Below are positions 63,469 to 64,000 of a DNA stretch of 64,000 nucleotides, in pieces (the first letter of the stretch is position 1; each line of letters opens with the position of its first letter). The DNA lies in assembly GCF_009914755.1 (NCBI RefSeq), contig NC_060935.1; one strand, given 5' to 3'. The notes under the pieces are model-generated. The model saw only the letters and a program-made list of their open reading frames with translations. It was not told the origin of the DNA and did not search any database. The translations under genes and the position numbers were made by a program. The stretch is from the human T2T-CHM13v2.0 reference genome, Homo sapiens.

Positions 63469-63682
63469 TCTTCTCTCTGTGCTCTGATTTCCCAAAGCAT
63501 TGGTAGGTTTGGCTCTATTCTCAGTTATATAGAAGGGAATATTTATCATTCAATACCTATTCCTGGTACATACACTTTGAGCTAATTACTGATGTGGGAG
63601 CTTGGAACATATCAGTGAAGAAAAAATGAAAAATCCCTGCTTTCCTGGAACTTTTGTTCTAGTAGGAAGAAACAAAAAACAA

Positions 63683-63877
63683 ATAGTAAAGTCTCACTTA
63701 ACATCATCAATAGGTTCTTGGAAAGTGTAACTTTAAGGAAACAATGTATAGTTTGTCCTCAAATAATGTCATTTTGTTCGACCATTGATGAAAAAAAATA
63801 GTTTCGTTGTATATCTTTTCACTTAAAGTCACAATTTCCAAAAACCTACTGAGGATGTTAAGTGAGGATGTACTATA
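63683..63877. mobile_element. MER47-like Tigger MITE
   Basis: Inverted ends CTCACTTAACATC...GATGTTAAGTGAG. Confidence 0.7.
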
Positions 63878-64000
63878 ATATAAATGCAATATGTAAAGAT
63901 TAAAAATATGTTTTAACCATGTTAAGTACTTTAAACAATAAAGTTTGGCAGTAAGGGAACTCTCAGATTATAATAGTGTGTTCACAGAAGGCTTATCTAA

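Overview
Human-type (primate) AT-rich genomic DNA from an olfactory receptor (OR) cluster. From the recalled protein sequences and gene spacing it is the OR5D array on chr11q11-q12. Four full-length OR coding exons lie on the + strand: OR5D17P (TTG in place of ATG), OR5D13, OR5D15P (one nonsense codon) and OR5D14. A fifth, heavily decayed OR5D 3'-half relic at about 52.67-53.19 kb is missed by the ORF track. The rest is mostly transposon-derived: a full-length L1PA4/5-like element inside a Tigger3, three 5'-inverted L1s, older L1s, Alus, MaLR/ERV LTRs, MER5A/MER44/MER47/MADE1, microsatellites and a self-complementary 31-bp minisatellite. I see no prokaryote-style novel system; the palindromic repeat is not CRISPR. 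The most interesting observations are: the hidden OR relic; a paralogous non-coding splice-donor module upstream of three ORs; three different lesions at the same DRY codon 124; an in-frame ATG-TAG start-stop in the predicted OR5D14 5' exon; several repair-type captures of nearby DNA; and a 31-bp L1 3' transduction tag. Gene names, repeat subfamilies and literature links come from memory and were not checked against databases.
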